From contig CM120641.1 in NCBI GenBank assembly GCA_051362555.1, forward strand, positions 31,068,401 to 31,132,400: a stretch of 64,000 nucleotides of DNA. Reading direction: 5' to 3'. The position numbers were made by a program, and so were the translations under genes. Shown here piece after piece: positions 52,718 to 64,000 of the stretch. The notes below the pieces were generated by a model that did not search any database, had not been told where the DNA came from, and saw nothing but the letters and a program-made list of their open reading frames with translations. Source of the DNA: Lingula anatina (taxonomy: Eukaryota; Animalia; Brachiopoda). Every line of letters begins with the position of its first letter. Within the stretch, counting starts at the first letter, position 1.

Positions 52718-54182
52718 TATGTCTGTTTTATCGCTATATGCGTTTATCATAATATAATAATATATTTTGATCACTGTGTGATATCTGTGTTGTAACTAAT
52801 GTATGTGTCTCCATATATTCTTTATTTATGATATGTTTTGTGATTGTAGCACAGATGAAGGTGTGTTTTCTGGATTATCATCTCACTGAGGACAGCTGAA
52901 CTCATGTGATCACTATCAAGAACTACAACATATGGCAGTTTCAGCACAGGTCAGTGCAACAATGATATTACTGTACTGGTGATTCTCTTCAGTCCCCCTT
53001 TTGAACACCACCACTATATATATATAGTATCTGGAATATTATCATTTTGTAAAAGTGTCACTTACTAGATCCCACTTAGTTTTATATGTGTTCAAAGTGA
53101 AAAGGGCTAATGTGAACTCATATATGGAATGAGGGGGGTGCTTGTGAAAAATCTCCGTCAGTCTTTTTAAGTCTTTATATAAACAAATTTTCATTGTTAC
53201 ATTCTAATGCCAGTGCACTAGCTGTCTGTTGTGACACAGTATGTGTATGTATATATTCTGATAACTGTGTATGTCTGTTTTGTTGCTGCAGTGTCTGTGT
53301 TTATCATAAAATAATAATATATTTTGATCACTGTGCTATATCTGTGTTGTTACTACTGTATGTGTGTGCATTTATTTTCATTAATGATATGTTTTCTGAT
53401 TTCAGCCCAGATGAAAGTGTGTTTTCTGGATTATCATCTCACTAAGGACAGCTGAACTCATCTGATCACTGTCAAGAACTACAACATAAGGCAGTTTCAG
53501 CACAGGTCAGTGCAACAATGATGTTACTATATTGGTGATTCTCTTCAGTCCCCATTTGAACATAGTTATGTTTCTGGATTATCATCTCACTGAGGACAGC
53601 TAAACTCATCTGATCACTACCAAGAACTAAAATGTGGCAGCTTAAGTACAGGTCAGTGTAATAATGATATTACTATAGTGGTGATTCTCTTCAGTCCCCC
53701 TTTTGAACACCACTCACTTAAATATATGTTCAGATAGAAAAGGGTTAATGTGAAATTGAGGTGGGGGGGGTTGGAGCTGAGCAAAAATCTGTCAGTTTTT
53801 CAGATTGACAAAATTTCATGTATACCTTTTGATGCCTGTGCACTGTATGTGTGTGTCTGATATTCTGATCACTGTGTATGTCTGTTTTATCGCTATATGC
53901 GTTTATCATAATATAATAATATATTTTGATCACTGTGTGATATCTGTGTTGTAAGTAATGTATGTGTCTGCATATATTCATTATTAATGATATGTTTTCT
54001 GATTTCAGCCCAGATGAAGTTATATTTCTGGATTATTATCTCACTGAGGACTGCGAAACTCATCTGATCACCTTCCAGATTGAACTACAACATGGCAGCT
54101 TCAGCACAGGTCAGTGCAACAATGATATAACTATACTGGTGATTCTCTTCAGTCCCCCTTTTTACACCACCACTATACATAT
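52718..54182. repeat. Satellite continuation, more diverged and partly deleted monomers
   Basis: Monomer homology with many private substitutions and an internal junction near 53562. Confidence 0.92.
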
Positions 54183-54674
54183 GTGACCCATCATGACAAA
54201 ATCAGGGATAATTTTGATATTTATATATCTTTAAAAACTAAAAGATGTCCTCTGTAAAATGATGTAAATAATATTTCTGTACCTTTTAAATTGTTTAAGT
54301 TATTGAGGTTTATAATCGAAGGTATTAGTGGTAGCCATTTTGAGAGAACGGCCATTAAAAATCCACTTGTTTCTTTAACTCATTGTCCCCTACCGCCGTC
54401 ATTTGCCGACAATGTTTTCTTATTTCTATCCCGAGCGTCGTCATTTGACGTCGTAATATTAATAGTACCCATTCCCGACTGCCGTCATATGACGGCATCC
54501 AATATGGCGGGCCCCTTGCCTAGCGACTTCATATGACGGCATGAGAAAGAAACTTTGATAGGTAGGTTTTAAATAGCTCATTTTCTGATTGGTTGTTGCT
54601 TTTCTTTTGGCCAATCAAAAGGAGAGTACTATAGAACAAAATGTAAACATTTTGAGGGTTGCGGGAAATCTACA

Positions 54675-55012
54675 TATGGAGGAAATACAGAGTATTTTTC
54701 ATGAGAGCTCTGGGTCTGAATTTTCGGGATTTGTTAGTGACAGTGAGTCTGACAGCAATAATTTGAGCTATATTTCTTTTGAATAACACTTTACAGACAT
54801 AGTCTGAAAGTGAATTAGGCAGCATTAGTGAAGATTTTAGAAGAAGTCAGTGGGAAAACGATCTGTGGGAGGTGGACAAGGAGCTTTTCTGTGGTGAACT
54901 ACCTGGATTCACACATGAACTGCCGGGTGACAAAGACGAACTAGACTTTAAAAACTGTTCTTTACTGATAAAATACTGAACAATTTGTTGGAAAATATAA
55001 ATGCATATGCAA
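54675..55012 (+). pseudogene. piggyBac-like transposase N-terminal fragment within the Sola element
   Basis: Acidic SEFSGFVSDSESD followed by LPGDKDELDF/KLFFTDKILNNLLENINAYA, matching the piggyBac F.LF.TD...TN.YA pattern. Stops and frameshifts are present. Confidence 0.5.
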
Positions 55013-57235
55013 CATACAATGACTCTAAGTGGAAAGAACAACTAAAAGCATGTCTAGGTGTCAGGGTTCATGTAGTATTTTTAAGTTGATGCTTATCTTA
55101 TCACAACTGCATAATATAGATAATAAATATACTTTTTTGTAATCTGATGCTCATCTTTTAATTATATTTTGTAGAATTTTGTCTTTTTTTGTACCTGTTG
55201 ATATAATCTAAAGAAGTATTATGATGTATATTTTATATACCGTATTTATAAACAGTTGTTGAACTTATATTCATTGTTCAATTTTTATAGACCAAATAAT
55301 TCGGACTTGATCTTCCCCATTCAATAAATAACAATATTTTGAATATGTCCAGTTATAAAGAATTTCATATTATACCAATTTCATGCCTTAAGAACCCTGA
55401 AAATTTGGAACAAACAAAACAACAGACCTAGAAAAAGGCCATATTGAATTTCCTCAGGGATATAGGAGAGTGCTGACAGTGGCGCCACCACATGGTGGTG
55501 GCCAGATTTGGTGTTAATGGCTGTAGGGGATCGTGCAGCAGTCACTGCAGGGGACAATGAGTTAAATAATTTTCCTTAGCAACCATCCTTTTTATAAGGT
55601 AAAAATCTCACACAGAGTTTTTTTCCTTTTGGAGAAATGATACTAAGACAATTTATATCCACAAGACAAAAGCACCATTTTATTTCTATATGTGTGGTGA
55701 TATGGGGGGGAGGGGGTCTTGAATTTAAACCATTCAGTGGAGAGAGATGGGTAACATGCATAATTTAAGCAATACCTCAGTAAACATATTCTTTATTACA
55801 ATATTTTAAAAATCAGATACATTTTATGTGAAACAAACACTCTGATAACAAAATTACATGTGATCATACCTACATTTTCACTTAATACATAATCTTGTCT
55901 CTTTGAAATCCAAGTTGAATTTGCTATCAAAAACTGTCACTTACAGATAAATGCACTACACTTCATTTCATTACAAATCATAGATTTAGTGAATTTCGTT
56001 TGCTTCAAAGAGCTGTCAATGACAAAAACAGAGTATTTATTTTAAGAACAGTTGAAATATTTTCACACAAGTGTGCAACAAATGCAAAACATTTAAAAAT
56101 GCTCAGGTCGGGTGACAGGCTGTAAACAAGATGACACAATTTCTTGGTTTAAAGCTAAGAGTAAAATACAACACATTAGCAACAGTTCAGATCAACACTG
56201 TCCTAATTTACTTGAGCCACATAAAATATGGAATTATGTCATACATGTACCCTTTCAGTTAGGGTTTGGGCAAACAACATCCTTTTGGTACTCCCTGACA
56301 AATTGCCTGATATTCTGATACAGATAAAGTTTACGTTCATAAGAAAGTCCAGGGGGTTCAATTCTCTCTGGCATATTTTGCAGCTGCGCATGTTGTTCTA
56401 CTGATGTCAAGTCCACATGAAGTTCATCTTCAGCCAAAGATGATTTGTAAAAGACGCGGCCTGGGTTAGTGGCTGAAAACCGCATATGTGATATTTTTTT
56501 ATCCCCGTCAGCTGCTTACACACAGGGTTAAAGTATGCCTGCCAATTGTACGTGGGAACATGTACAATGCCATTCTCCTGTCCAACAAGCTGAGGAATGT
56601 TCACTTTAGACACTGGTGTACTTTCTCTCACCACTGAACACAAATCATTCAAACATGACACTTCAGATCTTCGAAAACATTTCTTTAAGAGACCAAAACA
56701 CCAATCTGGGGCAAATTTTGTGTGGCCTGGAGGCATAAAGTTAAGTGTAACCTCTGTGTGCATGCCTCTCATAACTCGCCAACAAAAATAATATAAAACA
56801 TATCTGTTTTTGTTTTGACCTGAACAATTATCACAATGCAGGTGGACACTCTTCTCTCCCAGGCCAAATGTCTCAAAAAAGTGATGCAAAAAACTAATAA
56901 CAGCATTTGAACCTTTAGAGCAATTGACACTTTCATCAATTAGATAATTAACCTGTTGAGGCAGTGCCTCACAACAGATACCGAATATGGCACATTTCCT
57001 TGGTGTTAAAAAATAAATTGGTCCTGGTTGTGCAGCATTGCTGGGATAATGCAACTGTTGGGCAAAATCAAAAGAATAGTGCGTAGTGAAATCTTGAGCA
57101 TTTGGAGGAGTATGCTGCAGCTGACGGATACCTTGTTGTGCCACAGTATCCTTAGACTGCTGTACTTGGTTCCTGTAGTGCTGCCTTTCTGCATCAACCT
57201 GGCTAAGGTGCAGCTATTGCAGTTGTACCAATTAG

Positions 57236-59395
57236 CCTTTTTCATCTTTTCCGGAAATGGAAATTGCATTGTGGGTAGGGGAGCCCTGCTACGTCGAAAC
57301 ACTTACAGCGGTGCTTAAAACCATATGGCTGGGTTTAGGTGCTTTTTGTCCCGCTACTACAATAACAGTAAGCGAGATCGACACGTGAGGTTTAATAAGT
57401 TCCCAACAAACCCGTTAAAATGAAAAATCTGGTAGAAAGAAAGGAAAATATAGCAAGTTTGGATCAAAAGCAGGGCACTGCGTTTGCGCTGAACATTTCG
57501 AAGGCGGGAAGAAAAACTATAATATTAGGAGATCAACGGTGCTTTAATAAAAAACAGAAATGCTTAGTTAAACAACGGATATAACGAACTATCGGCAAAT
57601 AGAACTCGGGGGTAAAAAATGCGAGAAAAAAAACATTATAAAGATTTGAAGAAAAAATTGAAGAATAGGCCGGGGCCTAAAAATTAAGAAAAGACTTCAA
57701 GCATGAGATTATGGAAAAAGAAAGTAAAAGCTTTGAAGTTTTACACGGGGATTCTACTTACAAAAAATTCAAGAACTTTCACGACTTTTTGTGTAACAAC
57801 AAAGAAAAGTTTTGTATGTAATATCCTTTTTGTGTGTGTTTTATTGATAAGTGATCATTTTAAATGTTGTAGGCCCATCACAGGTTTTAGTCTCTAATAA
57901 CCCTTAGCAGGGTGGGTTCAATTTTTTTTTAACGTGAGACGTTAATAAAATTTTCATTAGTATGTATTCAGTCCCGTATACGTATTACTGATTTGTACAA
58001 ACGGGGCTCATATTATCAAGATCAACAGAGACATACGAAGAAGAAAGTACATCGGCTCTTGTTGAACGCGTTATCGGCGAAATAAAAAGTTATTTATTTC
58101 TGAACTCAATGACAAGAGAATTGGAAAATTCAATGATCATATTTTTACAAAAAATGCAGAAAAGCCTTTCTGTAAGCTACACGTACATAATACATGTATG
58201 GTAAAGACAAAATGGATAATAAACATAATCCAACAACGTATTTGTAAAGTAATACAAATATGCTTAGTATTAAAGTAGGCCTACGTATACTTAACTGTCT
58301 TAGGTAGTTGAAAAGTATGAAATGTGTGGGAAACACTTTATTTGAATGTTTTAATTGTCTGTGATTGAAAACGATGAAAAAACGCATAAAAACGTTTAAA
58401 AATCAAATAATTTGGGCTCTTGCTATAATTTTGTTTTTGTTTCAGATTGACAAAATTTTCATACTTGTCAGACCGAAAGGCTGACTTTTTTTACCTGTCG
58501 TAAATTTTGTACATATACTAGAGTAAGACACGGTAAACTTTAATTATCGTCTGGGAAAGAGTCGAGAATTCCTGTCTCACCTATTTAACACTTAAAAGGT
58601 TTTAATTACAGAGGAAAGGTCGTAGTTGTGGCCGCCCGCCTTACCGAACAATTGAACAAGTAACACCTGATGCCTTATCAGGTACCAAACGATTTAATCA
58701 GTTCACCGACGAACGATCTGCGTGTCAGTTTTACCTGTATACACAGTAGTTACCAGTCAAACAATGCAGGAAATCTTTTCATTTTATCACTTTAAAAATC
58801 TCTTAAGATATCCTTCAAACAAGACATAAAAATCGTAATGAATTGACACTGCCGGTACATGAGGTGATATCGCCACAGCTTGCATACAACATGTACAAAA
58901 TTGTGAAGACGTAGGCCTGCGCACCTGTCCACACTCTTGAAAGCGGTGTACGAGTCTACTGGCTATTTTGATTTTATATATAAAAAATTAACGAGTCTCT
59001 TTCGCATAGGCCTATCTTTATTATCGGAAGCATTTAAAAGAACTCCGTAGCTTTAGTTCGTCATCACTATTGAAAGTGCAGCCAAGGCTCGGACGCTTAG
59101 GTGAAGTCTAGTTGTAAAGCGCATCGTATTTAAACAGAGAAAGAAAATATTTAATTGCTTGATTCTCCGTCCTAATAGCTGTTTCTTGCCTACAGTTTAC
59201 GCATTTCTGTACTTCAGCCACCTTTTCAGTTTGACAGAAAGCAATGCACGCTTCATACGACCTTTTTATATGCGCACATTGTACATCATCTACACCTAGC
59301 ATTGCAATGATGGAACCAGCAGAGGACCACCATGACCCCTGGGGCGCGCGGTTCCTGTCATGCGCACTTCGTATTTCCGCAAAAGATGAAAAAGG
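57236..59395. mobile_element. Non-autonomous piggyBac-like element
   Basis: TIR CCTTTTTCATCTTTT(C/G)CGGAAAT, flanked by TTAG on the left and TTAA on the right. It interrupts the Sola transposase. Confidence 0.75.
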
Positions 59396-59979
59396 TTAAT
59401 AGAAACTTTTCCTCCAATGGGAGGTTAGCACTTCTAAATATACGTGTATTGTTACTCTGACATTTCCAGCATAAATCTGTCATGGGCCGTGCTACAACAA
59501 CATACGGGCAGAGCTATAGCCATAATGTGCAGAAGGTTGAACATGCGGCTTTCCGGTGTCCTGCAATATATAGAATATAATATACAAATATGGTAGACCT
59601 ACTTAAGATGGTAATGCTATCAAACCAGCTGGCAATTGAGAGAACTTTTAAAATTTCACTTTCATTTTTCCCTTATAAAAATGCTGAAAAAATATTTTAA
59701 ACACCTCTTGGCTGAAACATAACAGAATTTTATCAAATTCATCACAACTTGATAGTTTTCCACATTATAAAAATTATAAAGTTTATGATTGACTTGTTTT
59801 TTTTTTACAAATCAATGACTCTAATGAAAAACATTTGATTTATAAAATGAATTATATAAAAATGATATGTCAAAGTCTCAAAATACCTGCTCTGTTTGCA
59901 CTTTCTACATAATCCCTGTACACTCTACTCTTTGGATGACTGGAGGGCAAGAGTAGGATGTCATCTCTTTTAAAACCTG

Positions 59980-60843
59980 GCCCCGTATGCACAAAAAATC
60001 CTTATCTTAAGTGAAAAATTCTCCTTAACTTCATAAGAAAATTCTTAGCTGAGGAAACCCCTTAAGTGGTATGCACAAAGTACCTTAAGAATTCCCTAAG
60101 CCAAGAATTTTCTCAAATAATAGGAATTTACTCAACTCTGTAGGATTTCTCTTATGTGTTGAGCTATGTTTAGCCTGTGCATTGACCAATAGAATTACCT
60201 GTTACAATAGCTCACACTGGGGAATTCCTGGGGAATCCATGTTTGAAGGAATCCTTTACTTGGATATGATAGGCCTATCAGTTATTATTAGAAGAGTTGA
60301 GGTATCAATTGTGTAGGCCAAGAAGTTGTAACTTCTTGTGTAGGCCTAGTATTCTTCATACTCTGACAGAAAAAGAGGCATGTCATCCAATCCCCAGACC
60401 CAACACTAATAATAATAATCCAGTGACATAATTACATTTTAATAAAAAGGTTTTATCTCTATTGGCTGATACATGTGCACCCATCTCCCCTATCGGCGAT
60501 AATTCTGTAAAAAGGCCCCATAAAAAATATTAGTTTACCATCATTGTCACCTGCAAGAAGTGATTCAGTAGGGCGTATTTTTTGCTCATACAAAAACACA
60601 TTGGATTTAACCAACGATGCCCTCCGGACCGTCATTACATACACTAAAACATGGAACGTGCCATGAGCAAAGCTAGTAGTAACATAAATTGCAGTGAGAG
60701 GCACTCCTAGAACAGGGAGAGTGTTTTTGTGCATGAGGTGCACATTTGATGGGGAAAATTTACATTATAATTTTTTTATGTGAGCAGAAAAAGTAATGCG
60801 GCCGGGGATGATAAAGTAACATTTTTTCATGGGCCCTAAAAAA
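59980..60843. mobile_element. Truncated Harbinger-type MITE/composite insertion in a Sola exon
   Basis: Splits LPGRV-P-GFKR. The left end CTG|GCCCCGTATGCACAAA has internal repeats of TATGCACAAA/CTTAAG; no clean right TIR. Confidence 0.55.
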
Positions 60844-61785
60844 GTACTCTTCCTGGTAAGCTTACTGCATGGTCTTCTGCATACTGAGCAATGAAGTGCT
60901 TTACATGGTCAGTATCAGCATGGGACAGGGAGGCCGTATTGGACTTACGTCCACCAGATTTCAGACTCCTTGGTACCAGACCATTTTGTTTGATGTGATT
61001 CTGAAGTGCCTGTAGGTGGTCCTTGCTCATCCTAGGAAAAAAATTGTCAAATGTTAAACAGTTTATCTTGTCACTTTAAACACATATTAAACACACTTGC
61101 GGCATGGAATGAAATTGATCTAAGCACTGCCACTAAATACAGATTGAAGTTTAATTCATTTATTGTGTGAAATGGCTTTCTTGTCCTGTTTTGTATACTG
61201 TTAATCTTCACATATCACATGAAGAAAGATACAACACTGTTTTATGAAAGGACAAATTCTAGGAGTTTTAAGACTTATGAATGAATGAAAAAAAATCCAC
61301 GTTATCTTTGAACAGGCATGATGCAAAATAATTAACTGTGCTTATAACACTTAACAAAATTAAAAGAATATACTTATCAAGTAAACAATACTTACTAAAA
61401 CTTACAAAACAAAACTGGATGCAAAATTTTCAAAAACAGTTACTCTGTAATATAACAGACAAAAACATCATTCTGCAAAGTTATTAAAAACATGAAACAT
61501 AAATCTGCAAATTTAAGTTCAAACTAAGGATTAATAATGGTTTTAATACCAACAAACAATTTATGTAGAACAAACTCACTGATTGAAAGCAAAGCAAAAA
61601 AAACTTCAGCAAATTATGTAACATCCAAGCATTATTCAAACTTTTCTTTAGTTTAACTTACCTTCCAAGTAAATATCTAAATGCCACTGTAGAAACTTGT
61701 CTACCCATATAACTATATTTACATCTTGACCTCTGTCGAACTTTTTGTTCCTTCCTTCTTCTACAAACAGTAGTTGGCCCATCCT

Positions 61786-62336
61786 CAGGCCTACCCAACT
61801 ACCAGACTCGGCACCTAAGGATCCTGAATTAACCGGTATATCGGACCACGCTACCCGTTTTCAAGGTGTGTGTCAGATCGCATTTCGGAGTATCATCCCC
61901 CAGAGCAAATTTTGTAGCACGACTGCGGGCTCATCCACGCTCGGCTGAACAACCTTAAACTGTACTCTTACTTTAGAGTACTCTATTTTATTGTCTCTAT
62001 GGGGATATATGGGGACTTTACGACATTCGGTTTGAATGTTTTAACCACTTTTGACAGGGCTTTTTTGCATTGTATTAGATTAATGTGGCAGTCTAAGGTT
62101 CATCTAGGTGGCTTTCAAAATTATGCACCCGGTTTTAAAATCATATAGCGATTTTACGACAATCGTTTACTATCCAATCAAGGTGACAGCCGAGCATGTC
62201 AGGGCTCATCCTGTCGGTGTTCTGGCTGATACTCCGAAATGCGATCTGACACACACCTTGAAAACGGGTAGTGTGGTCCGATATACCGGTTAATTCAGGA
62301 TCCTTAGGTGCCGAGTCTGGTAGTTGGGTAGGCCTG
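61786..62336. mobile_element. 551-bp MITE with CAGG termini and 5-bp TSD (hAT5-like)
   Basis: Near-perfect ~110-bp TIRs (CAGGCCTACCCAACTACCAGACTCGG...) and an ATCCT TSD. Removal restores SIQDGP in the Sola transposase. Confidence 0.85.
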
Positions 62337-63300
62337 ATCCTGAATAGAGGCACTTATCAGGCCCAAGATCAACATGTCCCTTGCATCAGTAATATTGACC
62401 CCATTATCTTCAACAACAATTTGAAACATTACATGAAAACAATCGATAAGAGTAATTCACCAACCCGATCTAACTCCAAACCGTCACCCCCTGGGCCTAA
62501 ATTTAAAGCCAAATCTCAATGAGGTGGTGCCAACAATCGATAGGTGACTGTACAACTATGAAAACTACCCACAACAAAAAAATAATACACATTACCATCT
62601 CATTTGCCGCCCTCATTTGATTAAAAAGTTTTTATGTGCCTACCTCTGTCCATGTCTTGAAGAGACAAATGAATCGCTTCAATTTCTTCTAACGAAAATT
62701 GAGTTATACACCCACGTCTTCTATCCTCCCCCTCTGCCACACCAACTTTAAGGTTGCAATTACATGAAAATTGCAAGCGCATGTCTGCCTGATGCTCACA
62801 GTCTACACTTCCCTCCACGTGTACTATCTCGCCATTTTCCGAGTCACTGTCAGTATCTGAACATTCATGTGAATCGTCATGTGAATTTATTGGTTTAAAC
62901 TTAAATTTGTTTACTGCCGAACTGTTGTTGCTGGCGGAAGTGGAGACATCTTTATGGAATATTAATTAACATATTGTGCTAGTTGAGATTCAGAGCTTTT
63001 TAATGATATGCGACACAATCGGGACCGAAGTGTAGTAAATACGATCTTGTATGACTGAAATTGAACAATTCAGGCAAAGAAATGGGTCACAAACATGGTG
63101 TATGTTACAAAAAAGCACAATATTTATCACTTTCTGAGCTGTTCTGGATAAAATGCTTCTAGCACATGCTAAATTAATGTTTTATAAACCAGTTTCTACC
63201 AAAAATGCAAAATCACCAAAATTGACCCTGTGCGTGATTTTCACCTGTATTGAAAAAAGGCCAGCTGCCACTTATCCCTGATTTTGTCATGACGGGTCAC

Positions 63301-63853
63301 ATATGTCATGTATGTGTCTGGAATATTATCATTTTGTAAAAGTGTCACTTAGATCCCACTTAGTTTAATATACCTGTATGTTCAAAGTGAAAAGGGTAAA
63401 TGTGAACTCATAGATGGAATGAGGGGAGTGCTGGTGAAAAATCTCTGTCAGTCCTTATAAATCTTTATATAAACAAATTTTCATTGTTACATTCTAATGC
63501 CAGTGCACTAGCTGTCTGTTGTGACACAGTATGTGTATGTATATATTCTAATTACTGTGTGTGTCTGTTTTGTAGCTGCAATGTATGTTTTTATCATAAA
63601 ATTATAATATATTTTGATCATTGTGTTATATCTGTGTTGTAACTACTGTATGTGTCTGCATATATTCATTATTAATGATACATTTTCTGATTTCAGCCCA
63701 GATGAAGTTGTTTCTGGATTATCATCTCACTGAGGACAGCAAAATTCATCTGATCACCTTAGAGAACTACAACATGGCAGCTTCAGCACAGGTCAGTGCA
63801 ACAATGATATTACTATACTGGTGATTCTCTTCAGTCCCCCTTTTGAACACCAC

Positions 63854-63904
<51 letters not shown>

Positions 63905-63938
63905 CTGGAATATTATCATTTTGTAAAAGGGTCACTTA
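63301..63938. repeat. Diverged satellite monomer
   Basis: Monomer homology, including the TA tract. Confidence 0.92.
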
Positions 63939-64000
63939 CACCCCATTTCCATAGATTTTTAGATCGATCTATCCCTGTGGGGAGTCTCACTAGATTACTG
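63939..64000. mobile_element. Left end of the ~200-bp Harbinger-type MITE (runs off window)
   Basis: Inserted after satellite TTA; matches the 3701-3897 family (ccccatttcca, ggggagtct.actagattactg). Confidence 0.7.

Larger units (their letters stand above)
56255..62950 (-). pseudogene. Sola1-type transposase, multi-exon, disrupted
   Basis: Pieces: ~62950-62644 (CNC...CITQFSLEEI); ~62380-61662, split by a MITE; 61031-59886 (HAVSLPGRV|GFKRDDILLLPS), split by an insertion; 59562-59396 (RPMTDLCWKC); 57231-56255 (catalytic core). Two in-frame TAG codons and a frameshift near 56490. Confidence 0.88.
54183..63300 (-). mobile_element. Sola1-type DNA transposon with three nested insertions
   Basis: TIR GTGACCC(A/G)TCATGACAAAATCAGGGATAA and an ATAT (AWWT) TSD in the satellite TA tract. 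The transposase has SFDFAQQ, DNCSGQNKN and GHTKFAPD. Confidence 0.85.

Overview
AT-rich eukaryotic (probably invertebrate animal) repeat-rich DNA with no recognisable host protein-coding gene, RNA gene or CRISPR array. The backbone is a tandem satellite of ~450-550 bp monomers: about 35 copies in three variant types (A/B/C) with higher-order order, running from ~6850 to the window end. It is homogeneous on the left and more diverged on the right. Transposon insertions split the array repeatedly, and most can be delimited by terminal inverted repeats (TIRs) and target-site duplications (TSDs). These are a truncated Kolobok-like/Harbinger-MITE block, a pogo/Tigger element with a spliced psq-CENPB-DDE-PHD transposase, a non-coding TA-TSD element, a 7.2 kb Harbinger, a 13.7 kb Helitron-like block (containing a Kolobok, LINE remnants and a small LTR element), and a Sola1-type element. 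The Sola1 transposase is itself interrupted by piggyBac-like, Harbinger-like and hAT5-like inserts. Left of the array is a BEL/Pao retrotransposon pol, split by an Academ-like element and fused to the satellite. The most notable observations are a splice-site-flanked exon-like module in every monomer, a shared minus-strand orientation of the four recognisable cut-and-paste transposase genes in the array (piRNA-cluster-like; a hypothesis only), and clustering of insertions and a fold-back scar in one short segment of the monomer. Family assignments come from recalled motifs, not database searches, and coordinates were read by eye.
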